64,000 nt of DNA. Origin: Escherichia coli (GTDB lineage Bacteria; Pseudomonadota; Gammaproteobacteria; Enterobacterales; Enterobacteriaceae). The DNA lies in assembly GCF_013315695.1 (NCBI RefSeq), contig NZ_CP054353.1; one strand, 5' to 3'. The notes beneath the pieces are model-generated. The model was not told where the DNA came from and searched no databases. It saw nothing but the letters and a program-made list of their open reading frames with translations. How positions within the stretch are numbered: the first letter of the stretch is position 1; each line of letters starts with the position of its first letter. Below, one piece after another: positions 26,428-36,227 of this stretch. Position numbers and translations under genes: made by a program.

Positions 26428-26509
26428 TGCCCTCGATACTGACGATCTGGAGATGTGGCTGGAGCAGGCTGAAGAGCAAATAAAAAGCGAGTACGGCGAC
26501 AAATCATAG
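26252..26509 (+). CDS. Overlapping frame, possible frameshift extension of the tail assembly chaperone
   Basis: +1 frame relative to 26092..26427; its C-terminal part (..DALDTDDLEMWLEQAEEQIKSEYGD) looks protein-like; G5 run at 26416..26420 near the upstream stop. Confidence 0.4.
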   Translation: MPAVLVFSRKISTIWIWLITCSYRNDFSSSRGWVRATRALTQAQGLLARWFRFQPGEIDALDTDDLEMWLEQAEEQIKSEYGDKS

Positions 26510-26584
26510 TACAGACAGCCGCCAGTAGCGGCTGTTCTGCGTTATTCCCTCACGTCTTTTCACCTTCCCCGGAGGTTAACCACT

Positions 26585-29536
26585 ATGTCGGGACAGTTTT
26601 CAGTCGGCGTTGTTATCGGCGGGATGATTGGCAGCACATTCCGTTCTGCAATGAGCGGTACCCGCCGTGCGCTTGATTCCCTGAGCGATACCTCACGCCG
26701 CCTGCAGGAACGTCAGAACGCTTTAACCCGTGCAACAGAACGTTATGGTCAACTGGGTTCTTCCCGGATGCAGCATCTCAACAGCGAGCTGCTGCGGGTA
26801 AGCCGCACCATGGAGCAAATTGAGCGCCAGCAGCGCCGTCTGTCAGCGGCATCCGCTACCAGTGATGCGCTGAAAGCTAACCGCATGGCGCTGTATGGTC
26901 AGGGGATTGAAGCGTATGGCATGGCACAGACTGTTTATCATACGGTTTCCCCTGCCGTTCAGCAGTCCATGTCTTTTCAGGACAAAATGATTGATATGTC
27001 GATCACCGCAAAATATGACAATAAAACGCGGGATGCACTTGCCGGACAGATAAAAGGCTGGGCGCTTAAATACAATCAGTATCAGGATGAGCTGCAGGAG
27101 GCGGTGGGTTCACTCATCAGCGACAATATTGATAATGTGTCAGATATCGGTTTTCTGATGCCGGATATTGCCCGCGCGGCAACGGCAACACGCACGTCTG
27201 CTCAGGACTGGGCAAAAGTGGCCGCAGTCTGGCAAAACTCCCTGAAAGGTGCGGCCAGAGATTTTGGTGCCGTTCAGAATATTATGGCTTATGCCGGTGA
27301 CCAGGGGTCATTTGAAATCCCGGATCAGGTCAAGTGGATGCAGTCCCTGGCCCCAATGATGGCGGGTATTGCCAGTGGAAAAGAGGCTGTTGCTGAAATC
27401 GGGGCCAGTCTCCAGATAGCAAAAATCGGTGCAGGTTCCACCGACGAAGCAGCTAATAATTTTAAAAACTTTCTTACCAAAATTTTTGCCCGCGATACTC
27501 AGAAACAGTTTGCTGATCTGGGTATTGATTTGCAGGGATCTATTGCGAGTTATAAAGCTGCGGGGATCTCTCCGATTGAAGGGATGTTGAGTGTTATAGA
27601 ACGTTACCTCAATGCCAAAAGCCCCGAAGCGCTGGCCGGCTTCAAATCAGCCATGAAAATAAAGAATGATACGGCAAGAGATGAGGCACTTCAGGCTCTG
27701 GCGAAAAACTTTGGTCTGGGCGATATGTTCGCGGATATGCAGGTCATGGCATTTATCCGCCCGATGCTGGCCAACATGGACAGATATCGAGAGATCCGTG
27801 CCGGTGCTCTCAGGGCTGCGGATAACGATTTGCTTGCCAGTGCTTATGATCAGCGGCTGAAATCTCCCCTTGAAGCCACTAAAACACTTATGGTCAGCAG
27901 TCGCGATCTGGCAATTACGCTGGGCGATCAATTAGCTCCATCTTTTATTTCTTTGACTCAGGAACTGCTTCCACTCATTCAGGGGGCAAAACACTGGGTA
28001 GCGACTCACCCGCAATTTGTCAGTGGGGCTTTTAAGCTCATCAGTGCGCTCCTTGCGATTAAGATAGCGACTGTTGGTCTCAAACTGGGGCTGAATCTCC
28101 TTATTTCCCCCTTTGTAAGTGTCTGGAAAAATGCTGTTTTACTTCGGGCCAACTGGCTTCGTCTGTCGCTCGCACTGGGGCAAGGCGGTAAGCTCCGCTG
28201 GCTGGTGACCGGATTTAGCGCCGTCGCCAGAGGAGCCAGAACACTGAGTGGCGTGCTCTCCGGGGGGCTGGTTCGCGGAATTATGCTCGCCGGACGTGCT
28301 GTTCTCTGGATTGGACGTGCGCTGATGATGAATCCCATCGGTCTCGTTATCACCGCTGTCGCGGCAGCAGCTTACCTTATCTACCGCAACTGGGGGGCAG
28401 TCAGTGGCTGGTTTAAACAGCGCTGGGCAGACATTCAGGAAGCCTTTAACGGCGGCATTGTGGGAATTGGTAAGTTACTGATTAACTGGTCGCCGGCAGG
28501 CCTGCTCTATAAAGCCTTTGCGGCTGCGCTGAAATATTTCGGCGTTGCTCTGCCGGCAAAGTTCACCGACTTCGGTGGCCATCTTATCGACGGTCTGATT
28601 AACGGTATCAAAAACAAATGGGGGTCGCTCAAATCCAGTGTAACCGGAATGGGTGACAGCATCAGTAGCTGGTTTAAACAGTGCTGGGCTGACATTCAGG
28701 AAGCCTTTAACGGCGGTATCGCGGGAACTGGTAAGCTGCTGATTAACTGGTCGCCGGCAGGTCTGCTCTATAAAGCCTTTGCAGCTGCGCTGAAATATCT
28801 TGGTGTTGATCTGCCGGCAAAGTTCACCGACTTCGGTGGCCATCTTGTCGACGGTCTGATTAACGGTATCAAAAACAAATGGGAGTCGCTCAAATCCAGT
28901 GTAACCGGAATGGGTGACAGCATCAGTGGCTGGTTCAGCGAAAAGCTGGGCATTCATTCGCCGAGCCGCGTGTTTATGGGCTTTGGTGACAATATCGCGC
29001 AGGGGGCCGCCATTGGCCTGCAGCGGACCACTCCGCTTGCAGCTCTGGCCGGGCAGCGAATGGCCAGTGAACTGCTCCCCAAAATGCCCGTGAGCATTCA
29101 GGGGCCAGAAATACGGGATAACACTTCAGGTGTTCGCTTCAGTATGCCGTTGCCCGATATCAATGGGTTTATGTCGTCTGCTAAAAATGCGATCGGAGCC
29201 GTAATCAATAGTTTGTCTTCCATGCCCGCTATCCCGCTCTCCACCCGGGCATCGATTTTACCAGGGCAACGTCTGGCAAATGAGATGACACCGGATGTTC
29301 CCCGTATCCCCTCGCCTGAAATCATGGCTGCCGGATATTCAGGCCGTGGTGCAGCTGCAACCGGCGGTGGAACGTCTGGTGGTATCCAGGTCAGCTTTAA
29401 TCCTCAGTTTTTCCTCAATGGCAGGGAAACCACAGCGCCTGCAGGACTGACTGGTGCCCTGAATATGAGTCTGCATGAGCTGGAAAAAATGCTGGAGCGT
29501 CTGCTGGCTCAGAAACAACGTAAGGAGTACCGCTGA
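26585..29536 (+). CDS. Tail tape measure protein
   Basis: 983 aa, largest tail ORF, after the chaperone genes; contains internal tandem duplication and hydrophobic segments. Confidence 0.85.
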   Translation: MSGQFSVGVVIGGMIGSTFRSAMSGTRRALDSLSDTSRRLQERQNALTRATERYGQLGSSRMQHLNSELLRVSRTMEQIERQQRRLSAASATSDALKANRMALYGQGIEAYGMAQTVYHTVSPAVQQSMSFQDKMIDMSITAKYDNKTRDALAGQIKGWALKYNQYQDELQEAVGSLISDNIDNVSDIGFLMPDIARAATATRTSAQDWAKVAAVWQNSLKGAARDFGAVQNIMAYAGDQGSFEIPDQVKWMQSLAPMMAGIASGKEAVAEIGASLQIAKIGAGSTDEAANNFKNFLTKIFARDTQKQFADLGIDLQGSIASYKAAGISPIEGMLSVIERYLNAKSPEALAGFKSAMKIKNDTARDEALQALAKNFGLGDMFADMQVMAFIRPMLANMDRYREIRAGALRAADNDLLASAYDQRLKSPLEATKTLMVSSRDLAITLGDQLAPSFISLTQELLPLIQGAKHWVATHPQFVSGAFKLISALLAIKIATVGLKLGLNLLISPFVSVWKNAVLLRANWLRLSLALGQGGKLRWLVTGFSAVARGARTLSGVLSGGLVRGIMLAGRAVLWIGRALMMNPIGLVITAVAAAAYLIYRNWGAVSGWFKQRWADIQEAFNGGIVGIGKLLINWSPAGLLYKAFAAALKYFGVALPAKFTDFGGHLIDGLINGIKNKWGSLKSSVTGMGDSISSWFKQCWADIQEAFNGGIAGTGKLLINWSPAGLLYKAFAAALKYLGVDLPAKFTDFGGHLVDGLINGIKNKWESLKSSVTGMGDSISGWFSEKLGIHSPSRVFMGFGDNIAQGAAIGLQRTTPLAALAGQRMASELLPKMPVSIQGPEIRDNTSGVRFSMPLPDINGFMSSAKNAIGAVINSLSSMPAIPLSTRASILPGQRLANEMTPDVPRIPSPEIMAAGYSGRGAAATGGGTSGGIQVSFNPQFFLNGRETTAPAGLTGALNMSLHELEKMLERLLAQKQRKEYR
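28411..28932 (+). repeat. Two tandem copies of a 261-bp (87 aa) unit inside the tape measure gene
   Basis: GWFKQRWADIQEAFNGGI..KSSVTGMGDSIS repeated as SWFKQCWADIQEAFNGGI..KSSVTGMGDSIS; unit starts at 28411 and 28672, next at 28933. Confidence 0.8.
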
Positions 29537-30420
29537 TGTTTGCCGTACTGGGTGATATTGAGTTTGAGCTGATTACCTACTGGGACGGCTTCGAGGCCAC
29601 GTTCGGCGTCGATTATGCGGAGCATGCCCGCATCGGGGGTAAGCCTGGCCTGCAGTTCGTCGGCGACAGGCTGGACGAAATCCAGATAACTCTGGTTTTC
29701 CATCAGCATTATTGTGTACCCGATGTGGAGCTGGCGAGACTGCGAACAGCCATGAAAGCCCATCAGGCACTGGCGCTGGTCTTCGGCAACGGTGACTATC
29801 GCGGCTGGTTCGTGATTACCGATGTGACTGCAACCAGCGAGCAGACTGACAGTACCGGCAACGTGCTGGCTGTCAGTGCCACCGTGTCTCTCCGGGAATA
29901 CACCGGTGACCCGAAAAATCCTCTGCAACCACCGGCAATACGCACGAAGCTCCCGGGTGTCGGGGCGGTCTCCGGTGCCATTCCTTCGCCTTCAGGGGTG
30001 GCGCAGTTCATCCGCAACGGCGTCAACTATGCGAAACAGGCGCAGTCTGTACTCCAGACCACTATCAGCGCCGTTCGGGTGACACAGAAAATGAAGGATA
30101 ACCCCGTTGTCGCACTGACCCGTGTGCCGGGGCTGATGAGCGGACTGGGTAATATCTCCGGGGCTCTGGGGAAAAGTGTTCCGGCGTTTAACGCACTCTC
30201 TGAATCCATGCCCGATGCCATCAGTCTGGCCAGAACAGCCAGCGAAGCAGCCACGTATGTACAGCAGGCACAGTCTGCGCTGAGTGGTGTGGACAAAAGA
30301 AATATTGCAGGTGCTCTGGATACCGTTTCCGGGCAGCTTAACGCCGCCGGCACAGCATTCAACCGCATGTCTCCGGGATTAAGTGCAATGGCCACCAGAA
30401 TACTGACGAGGAGTGTGTGA
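29536..30420 (+). CDS. DNA circularisation protein (Mu N-like)
   Basis: 294 aa directly after the tape measure gene, as in Mu. Confidence 0.65.
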   Translation: MFAVLGDIEFELITYWDGFEATFGVDYAEHARIGGKPGLQFVGDRLDEIQITLVFHQHYCVPDVELARLRTAMKAHQALALVFGNGDYRGWFVITDVTATSEQTDSTGNVLAVSATVSLREYTGDPKNPLQPPAIRTKLPGVGAVSGAIPSPSGVAQFIRNGVNYAKQAQSVLQTTISAVRVTQKMKDNPVVALTRVPGLMSGLGNISGALGKSVPAFNALSESMPDAISLARTASEAATYVQQAQSALSGVDKRNIAGALDTVSGQLNAAGTAFNRMSPGLSAMATRILTRSV

Positions 30421-30632
30421 TGTTTCTTGAACATATTACCCGTGACGGAGAGCGCTGGGATTCGCTGGCATGGCAGTACTACGGTGACCCGCTGGGCTAT
30501 CCCCGGATTATTGCAGCCAATCCGCACGTGGCCATCACGCCGGTGCTGCCCTCCGGGTTGTTGTTACTGATCCCGGTTATTGAGGCTGAAGATGCCCGTA
30601 CAGAAGAGGATATTGCCCCATGGCTGAGATAA
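30417..30632 (+). CDS. Small tail protein, LysM-like (P2 X-like)
   Basis: 71 aa; N-terminal GERWDSLAWQYYGD resembles the LysM-type motif of P2 gpX-like tail proteins. Confidence 0.45.
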   Translation: MMFLEHITRDGERWDSLAWQYYGDPLGYPRIIAANPHVAITPVLPSGLLLLIPVIEAEDARTEEDIAPWLR

Positions 30633-31774
30633 ACAGTACTGCGCAAGCCACATCAGCGTTAACCGGCGTCAGCGATGTGCTGACGCCGGTATTCACTCTG
30701 TGGTATCTGCAGAAAAACATCACCTCTGATATCGCGCCTTATGTCACCCGTGTGGTCTGGAGCGATAACATCAAAAATGAGTCCGATACCATTGAGGTGG
30801 AGCTGGACGACACCGATGGCCGCTGGCTGGATAAGTGGTATCCGGGCAAGGGTGACACGCTGACGCTGAAAATGGGTTATCAGGGCGAGAAACTGCTGTC
30901 CTGCGGTACATTCTCAATAGACGAGATCGAAGTGAGTTCGCCCGCGTCCGTTGTCGCTATCCGTGGGGTGGCCACCTCGGTTAACAGTGCTCTGCGGACT
31001 AAATCCAGCCGTGGTTTTGAGAACACCACGCTGGCAGCTGTTGCGGGGCGGATTGCCAGAAAGCACCGGCTGAAACTGGTGGGCAGCATTGAGTCCATCA
31101 GAATCGACCGGGTGACCCAGTATGCTGAAACCGACGTGGGTTTTCTGCGCCGGCTGGCCAGCGAGTATGGTTATGCAGTGAAAGTGGTCAGTGACCAGCT
31201 GATTTTTTCTCATCTGGCCACACTGCGCAGTCAGGAGCCGGTCAGGCAGTTAAAACCGCAGGATGTGGCCCGCTTTTCCCTGCGTGACACCATCAACCGG
31301 GTCTATAAATCTGCAAAGGTAAAACACCAGAAAAGCAGCAGTAAAAAACTGATCGTCTACGAAGCTGATGGTGGTACCCGTGAAAGCGACAAAAAGCTCA
31401 AAGGTGGTAAGGTTACCAGCGCTGACTCACTTAAAGTTAACAGCCGCGTCAGCGACCCGGACAGTGCCCGGATTAAAGCGGATTCAGCACTGGCCAGACA
31501 TAACGAATACCAGCAGAACGGCTCCCTGACGCTGACGGGAACACCTCAACTGACAGCAGGCAACAAAATTGAACTGGTGGGTTTTGGGCAGTTATCCGGG
31601 CCATGGCTCATAACCACTGCCCGCCATGCGTTTGACCGTAACAGCGGCTACACCACAGAGCTGGAAGTGGCACGGGGGCCAGTCACAAGAGGGAAAAAAC
31701 AAAAAACTCAGAAACTCACGGTTTATCACCCGGATGGCAGTACATCGACGGTGATTAAGGAGAAGAAAAAATGA
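30620..31774 (+). CDS. Tail/baseplate hub protein (Mu P-like)
   Basis: 384 aa, position between the N-like and spike genes. Confidence 0.65.
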   Translation: MAEINSTAQATSALTGVSDVLTPVFTLWYLQKNITSDIAPYVTRVVWSDNIKNESDTIEVELDDTDGRWLDKWYPGKGDTLTLKMGYQGEKLLSCGTFSIDEIEVSSPASVVAIRGVATSVNSALRTKSSRGFENTTLAAVAGRIARKHRLKLVGSIESIRIDRVTQYAETDVGFLRRLASEYGYAVKVVSDQLIFSHLATLRSQEPVRQLKPQDVARFSLRDTINRVYKSAKVKHQKSSSKKLIVYEADGGTRESDKKLKGGKVTSADSLKVNSRVSDPDSARIKADSALARHNEYQQNGSLTLTGTPQLTAGNKIELVGFGQLSGPWLITTARHAFDRNSGYTTELEVARGPVTRGKKQKTQKLTVYHPDGSTSTVIKEKKK

Positions 31775-32367
31775 CTGGTGTCACTCGTCAGGTCGGTACG
31801 GTCAGTGCCGTTGATGCCGACAGGGTTCAGGCCCGCGTTCGTCTGCCTGAATGCGATAACCTGCGCACAAACTGGCTTAACGTGCTGCAGCGCAATATCC
31901 AGGATAACAAAGATTACTGGCTCCCTGACGTGGGGGAGCAGGTTGAGGTGCTGCTCGATGCCAACGGCGAGGATGGTGTTATTCTGGGCGCGGTGTATTC
32001 AGACGTCGATAAACCACCGTTCAGTGACAAAAATATCCGGGGAACCCGGTTTGCTGATGGTGCAGAGTACAGCTACAACCGGAAGACGCACACTCTGATC
32101 ATCCGGGGCGGCATTGAGCATATTGTCATTGAGTGTGGTGCTGATGTGGTATTGAAAACACAGAAAGCCACGATTGACGCACCGGAAACCGAACTTACCG
32201 GAGATCTGCGTGTCAGGGGTAAACTGATTTACGAAGGAGGCATGGCGGGTTCTGGTGGTGAAGGTGTTACCGCGACCATCCATGGCAATATCGAGATTAA
32301 AGGGAATGCCCATGCCACGGGCAGTATGTTGTCTGATGGCGAAAACTCCAGCCACCACTCCCACTGA
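31771..32367 (+). CDS. Baseplate central spike protein (gpV-like)
   Basis: 198 aa; Gly-rich C-terminus with HxH-type residues (NSSHHSH) as in spike tips; between hub and wedge genes. Confidence 0.65.
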   Translation: MTGVTRQVGTVSAVDADRVQARVRLPECDNLRTNWLNVLQRNIQDNKDYWLPDVGEQVEVLLDANGEDGVILGAVYSDVDKPPFSDKNIRGTRFADGAEYSYNRKTHTLIIRGGIEHIVIECGADVVLKTQKATIDAPETELTGDLRVRGKLIYEGGMAGSGGEGVTATIHGNIEIKGNAHATGSMLSDGENSSHHSH

Positions 32368-32421
32368 GCTTTTTAAACGCCTTTAATATCAGCGTTCCCG
32401 CACGGGGGCAATACTGCCCCC

Positions 32422-32769
32422 ATGAAAACAACCTCAGTATTCTGGCAACCAGCCCTGCAGGCTCCCGGCGAAATTGTCCGGGGGCTGGATGATATCCGGC
32501 AGGCGATTCAAATTATCCTGCGGACTCCCCGCGGCAGCGACCCGCATCGCCCGGAGTTCGGCAGCAATCTGCATCTTTATATCGACTGGCCTGTAGACCG
32601 GGCCATTCCGCATGTGGTGCGCGAATCCGTCGATGCCATCCGGCGCTGGGAGCCCCGCTGCCAGCTTATGTCAGTTAAACCCGCCGTCGACGGCGAACAT
32701 CTTACGCTCCGGGTGAGCTGGAAAGGCTCAGACGGACAGACCCGGACTCAGGAGCTGCTATGGCGCTGA
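32422..32769 (+). CDS. Baseplate wedge protein (gpW/gp25-like)
   Basis: 115 aa immediately upstream of the J-like baseplate gene. Confidence 0.6.
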   Translation: MKTTSVFWQPALQAPGEIVRGLDDIRQAIQIILRTPRGSDPHRPEFGSNLHLYIDWPVDRAIPHVVRESVDAIRRWEPRCQLMSVKPAVDGEHLTLRVSWKGSDGQTRTQELLWR

Positions 32770-33863
32770 CAGAACCCGATTTTATTGAACGCGATGCCGA
32801 CAAAATCACGGCAGAAATGATTGCGAAGTATGAAGCGGATACCGGCAAAACGCTGTACCCGGCACAGGCAGAACGTCTGCTGATTGATCTGTGGGCCTAT
32901 CGCGAAATGCTGGTCAGGGTTGCGGTACAGGAGGCAGCAAAGCAGAATCTGGTCGCCTTTGCCCGTGAGCCGATGATTGATTACCTCGGTGAACTGGTTG
33001 GTGTATACCGTCTTGCCGCGCAGCCTGCCACCACCACGCTCCAGTTCTCCGTAGATGAGGCACTGGCCATTGATGTGCTGATCCCGGCAGGCACCCGCGT
33101 CAGCGCTTCCGACAGCGTTATTTTTGCCACCGATACAGATGTGGTACTGAAGGCCGGATTGCTGCTGGTCAATGTCACGTCCACCTGTACCGAACCCGGT
33201 ACCGCTGGTAACGGCTGGCAACCTGCGCAGGTCAGTCAGTTACTCGATGAGATTGATAACGTCGACCTGCTGGTGAGCAATCTGACGGCCAGTTCCGGCG
33301 GTTCAGAACAGGAAGACGATGACAGGCTCCGGGAGCGTATCAGGCTGGCCCCGGAGTCATTCACCAATGCCGGAAGCCGTGGCGCATACCGCTTTCATGC
33401 CATGCAGGCCCATCCCAACATTGTCGATGTTGCTGTGCTTTCCCCGGTTCCCGGGACCGTAGATCTGTATCCGCTGCTCAGTACCGGTCTGCCGGACGGC
33501 GGTGTTCTCACGCTGGTAGAGAGTTTCTGCTCTGATGAGAAAGTCAGGCCACTCACTGATACAGTGCGGGCTAAAACACCAGTGAAGGTGGATTACACCA
33601 TTGAAGCCAGGATTACGATCTATCGTGATCAGGATGCCAGGTCTGTAAAAGATGCCGCTAACAGCGCCATACAGAACTGGGTGGCATCACGTGCCGCCAC
33701 GCTGGGGCGCGATATTGTCCCCAGCCAGATTATCAGTGCATTGTCCGTTTCCGGGGTGTACCCGGTTGAACTGGTGACACCGGCACTGCGGGTGGTGGCA
33801 GAAAACGAATGGGCAAACTGTACGGCAATCACTCTTAACATGACTGGAGTGTCTGATGACTGA
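32760..33863 (+). CDS. Baseplate wedge protein (gpJ-like)
   Basis: 367 aa in conserved W-J-I-fibre order. Confidence 0.7.
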   Translation: MALTEPDFIERDADKITAEMIAKYEADTGKTLYPAQAERLLIDLWAYREMLVRVAVQEAAKQNLVAFAREPMIDYLGELVGVYRLAAQPATTTLQFSVDEALAIDVLIPAGTRVSASDSVIFATDTDVVLKAGLLLVNVTSTCTEPGTAGNGWQPAQVSQLLDEIDNVDLLVSNLTASSGGSEQEDDDRLRERIRLAPESFTNAGSRGAYRFHAMQAHPNIVDVAVLSPVPGTVDLYPLLSTGLPDGGVLTLVESFCSDEKVRPLTDTVRAKTPVKVDYTIEARITIYRDQDARSVKDAANSAIQNWVASRAATLGRDIVPSQIISALSVSGVYPVELVTPALRVVAENEWANCTAITLNMTGVSDD

Positions 33864-34434
33864 GCCATTACAACTCCCGCCACCGCTTGAGGGTGATATC
33901 AGTCTCAGGACGCTGGGAAGACTGGCAGGACGGCTGGATAACATCGACCTGAGCGTACTGATGGTCTTTCTCGTCGATATCGTCGACAGTTCCGCGCTGC
34001 CATGGCTGGGCGAGCAGTTCTCACTGTCTGGCGATGGCTGGGAGCTGGCGGAATCGGACGATGTTCGCCGCATGCTTATAAAAGCAGCCATCGAACTGCA
34101 CCGGTATAAAGGGACGCCGTGGTCAATCCGGGAAGTTATCCGCCGTTTTGGCTTTGGTGAAGTGGATCTGATTGAAGGCACAGGTCGTCTCAGTTACGAC
34201 GGCAATCGCAGCTATAACGGACTGTTTGTTCATGGAGATGCAGCCGCCTGGGCAGTTTATCGCGTTATTCTGAAACAGCCCATTACTAACGATCAGGCCG
34301 CGATGCTGCGTCAGACGCTGGCTGCATTTGCACCGGCCCGCTGCCATCTGGCCAGCCTGGAGTATCAGTCTGTGGCCATTCGCTATAACAATACAGCCAT
34401 CCATGATGGCAGTTATAACCACGGGAGCAGTTGA
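33856..34434 (+). CDS. Baseplate protein (gpI-like)
   Basis: 192 aa immediately upstream of the tail fibre gene. Confidence 0.6.
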   Translation: MTEPLQLPPPLEGDISLRTLGRLAGRLDNIDLSVLMVFLVDIVDSSALPWLGEQFSLSGDGWELAESDDVRRMLIKAAIELHRYKGTPWSIREVIRRFGFGEVDLIEGTGRLSYDGNRSYNGLFVHGDAAAWAVYRVILKQPITNDQAAMLRQTLAAFAPARCHLASLEYQSVAIRYNNTAIHDGSYNHGSS

Positions 34435-36221
34435 TTATGGGAAACCTGAATGAAACAGAAAAGTGGGAAGAAAATATCTATCAACTGGAGACATCAGATC
34501 CGGTTCTGGGTGGTGCAGACGGGATATCAAATCGAGCCCCCCGGCAACTGGCAAACAGGACGAAATGGCTGAAGAAAAAAACGGAGGAAGCCGCACAGTC
34601 ACTGGCTGAACACGTACGTTCCCGTAACCACCCGGACGCGACACTGACAGCTAAGGGGTTCACCCAACTGAGCAGTGCCACCAACAGCACCTCTGAAACG
34701 CTGGCCGCCACACCAAAAGCCGTCAAGGCTGCATACGACCTTGCAGCCGGCAAGGCGCCCGTCAGCCACACTCACCCGTGGAGTCAGATAACGGGAGTGC
34801 CTGCTGCCTCGCTGACGGCAAAAGGCACCGTACAATTGAGCAGTGCCATCAACAGCACGTCTGAAATACTGGCCGCCACACCGAAGGCGGTCAAGGCTGC
34901 ATACGACCTTGCAGCCGGCAAGGCGCCCGTCAGCCACACTCACCCGTGGAGTCAGATAACGGGAGTGCCTGCTGCCTCGCTGACGGCAAAAGGCACCGTA
35001 CAACTGAGCAGCGCCATCAACAGCACGTCTGAAACGCTGGCCGCCACACCGAAAGCGGTCAAGGCTGCATACGACCTGGCAGCCGGCAAGGCGCCTGCCA
35101 GCCACACTCACCCGTGGAGTCAGATAACGGGAGTGCCTGCGGCTTCACTGACGGCAAAAGGCACCGTACAACTGAGCAGCGCCACGGACAGTCAATCAGA
35201 AACTGAGGCTGCCACGCCGAAGGCGGTCAAGGCTGCATACGACCTTGCAGCCGGCAAGGCGCCCGTCAGCCACACTCACCCGTGGAGTCAGATAACGGGA
35301 GTGCCTGCTGCCTCGCTGACGGCAAAAGGCACCGTACAACTGAGCAGTGCCATCAACAGCACGTCTGAAATACTGGCCGCCACACCGAAAGCGGTCAAGG
35401 CTGCATACGATCTGGCAGCCGGCAAGGCGCCCGTCAGCCACACTCACCCGTGGAGTCAGATAACGGGAGTGCCTGCTGCCTCGCTGACGGCAAAAGGCAC
35501 CGTACAACTGAGCAGTGCCATCAACAGCACGTCTGAAATACTGGCCGCCACACCGAAAGCGGTCAAGGCTGCATACGATCTGGCAAACGGAAAACAACCG
35601 GCAGATGCCACGCTCACTGCTCTGGCAGGACTTGCCACTGCAGCAGATCGGTTGCCTTATTTTACCGGAGCAGACCGCGCAGCGCTGGCAACCCTTACAG
35701 CTATTGGTCGCGCTATTATCGCTAAGGGCAGTATAAAAGATGTCCTCAATTACCTTGGTTTGGGGGAAGGCTCTGCATTGCCTGTTGGTGTACCGGTTCC
35801 GTGGCCCACCGCCACACCGCCAGCAGGCTGGTTACAGTGCAACGGAGCTACGTTCACCAAAGAACAATATCCTGTTCTGGCCAGAGTCTACCCGACCCTC
35901 CGTCTTCCCGATTTACGCGGTGAGTTTATCCGTGGATGGGACGGTGGTCGCAAGGTTGATACCGGGCGTGCGCTACTTTCATTTCAGGAAGGGACTATCG
36001 TATCCGGTTTTGATGATAATGATACCGGAGATATCAGTTCGCTCGGCTCTACACAATACGGATTTGGTGACGCTTTAACCTCTAATCAACTGGGGGTCAT
36101 AAATGGCAAAAAGTGGATATTTGATGCATCCTCTAAAGGTGCACAAAGATATGACTGGTGGGCTTATGTATCAGCTCGCCCCCGCAATATCGCATTTAAC
36201 TATATCGTGAGGGCGGCGTGA
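34431..36221 (+). CDS. Tail fibre protein with six tandem repeats and an invertible C-terminal domain
   Basis: 596 aa; six 56-aa repeats (..TAKGTVQLSSAINSTSE.LAATPKAVKAAYDLAAGKAPVSHTHPWSQITGVPAAS..); C-terminal ~130 aa lie within the Gin-invertible segment. Confidence 0.8.
   Translation: MIMGNLNETEKWEENIYQLETSDPVLGGADGISNRAPRQLANRTKWLKKKTEEAAQSLAEHVRSRNHPDATLTAKGFTQLSSATNSTSETLAATPKAVKAAYDLAAGKAPVSHTHPWSQITGVPAASLTAKGTVQLSSAINSTSEILAATPKAVKAAYDLAAGKAPVSHTHPWSQITGVPAASLTAKGTVQLSSAINSTSETLAATPKAVKAAYDLAAGKAPASHTHPWSQITGVPAASLTAKGTVQLSSATDSQSETEAATPKAVKAAYDLAAGKAPVSHTHPWSQITGVPAASLTAKGTVQLSSAINSTSEILAATPKAVKAAYDLAAGKAPVSHTHPWSQITGVPAASLTAKGTVQLSSAINSTSEILAATPKAVKAAYDLANGKQPADATLTALAGLATAADRLPYFTGADRAALATLTAIGRAIIAKGSIKDVLNYLGLGEGSALPVGVPVPWPTATPPAGWLQCNGATFTKEQYPVLARVYPTLRLPDLRGEFIRGWDGGRKVDTGRALLSFQEGTIVSGFDDNDTGDISSLGSTQYGFGDALTSNQLGVINGKKWIFDASSKGAQRYDWWAYVSARPRNIAFNYIVRAA
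34644..35651 (+). repeat. Six tandem copies of a 168-bp in-frame repeat within the tail fibre gene
   Basis: Unit starts at 34644, 34812, 34980, 35148, 35316, 35484; near-identical units with a few substitutions. Confidence 0.85.
35755..35834. repeat. Left inverted repeat of the invertible tail-fibre segment (contains candidate recombination site)
   Basis: 80-bp sequence ttggtttgggggaaggctctgcattgcc...cagcaggctggtta is the reverse complement of 37280..37359. Confidence 0.8.
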
Positions 36222-36227
36222 TACCGT

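Noticed and set aside
34599-35597. Long minus-strand ORFs (34599..35111, 35196..35597) with repetitive Cys/Arg-rich translations
   Set aside because: They lie antisense within the 168-bp tandem repeats of the tail fibre gene and repeat with the same period; the plus-strand frame is the one continuous with the fibre gene.
34644-35651. Tandem repeat array considered as a possible CRISPR array
   Set aside because: Units are 168 bp, near-identical and contiguous with no unique spacers, and are in-frame coding sequence of the tail fibre.
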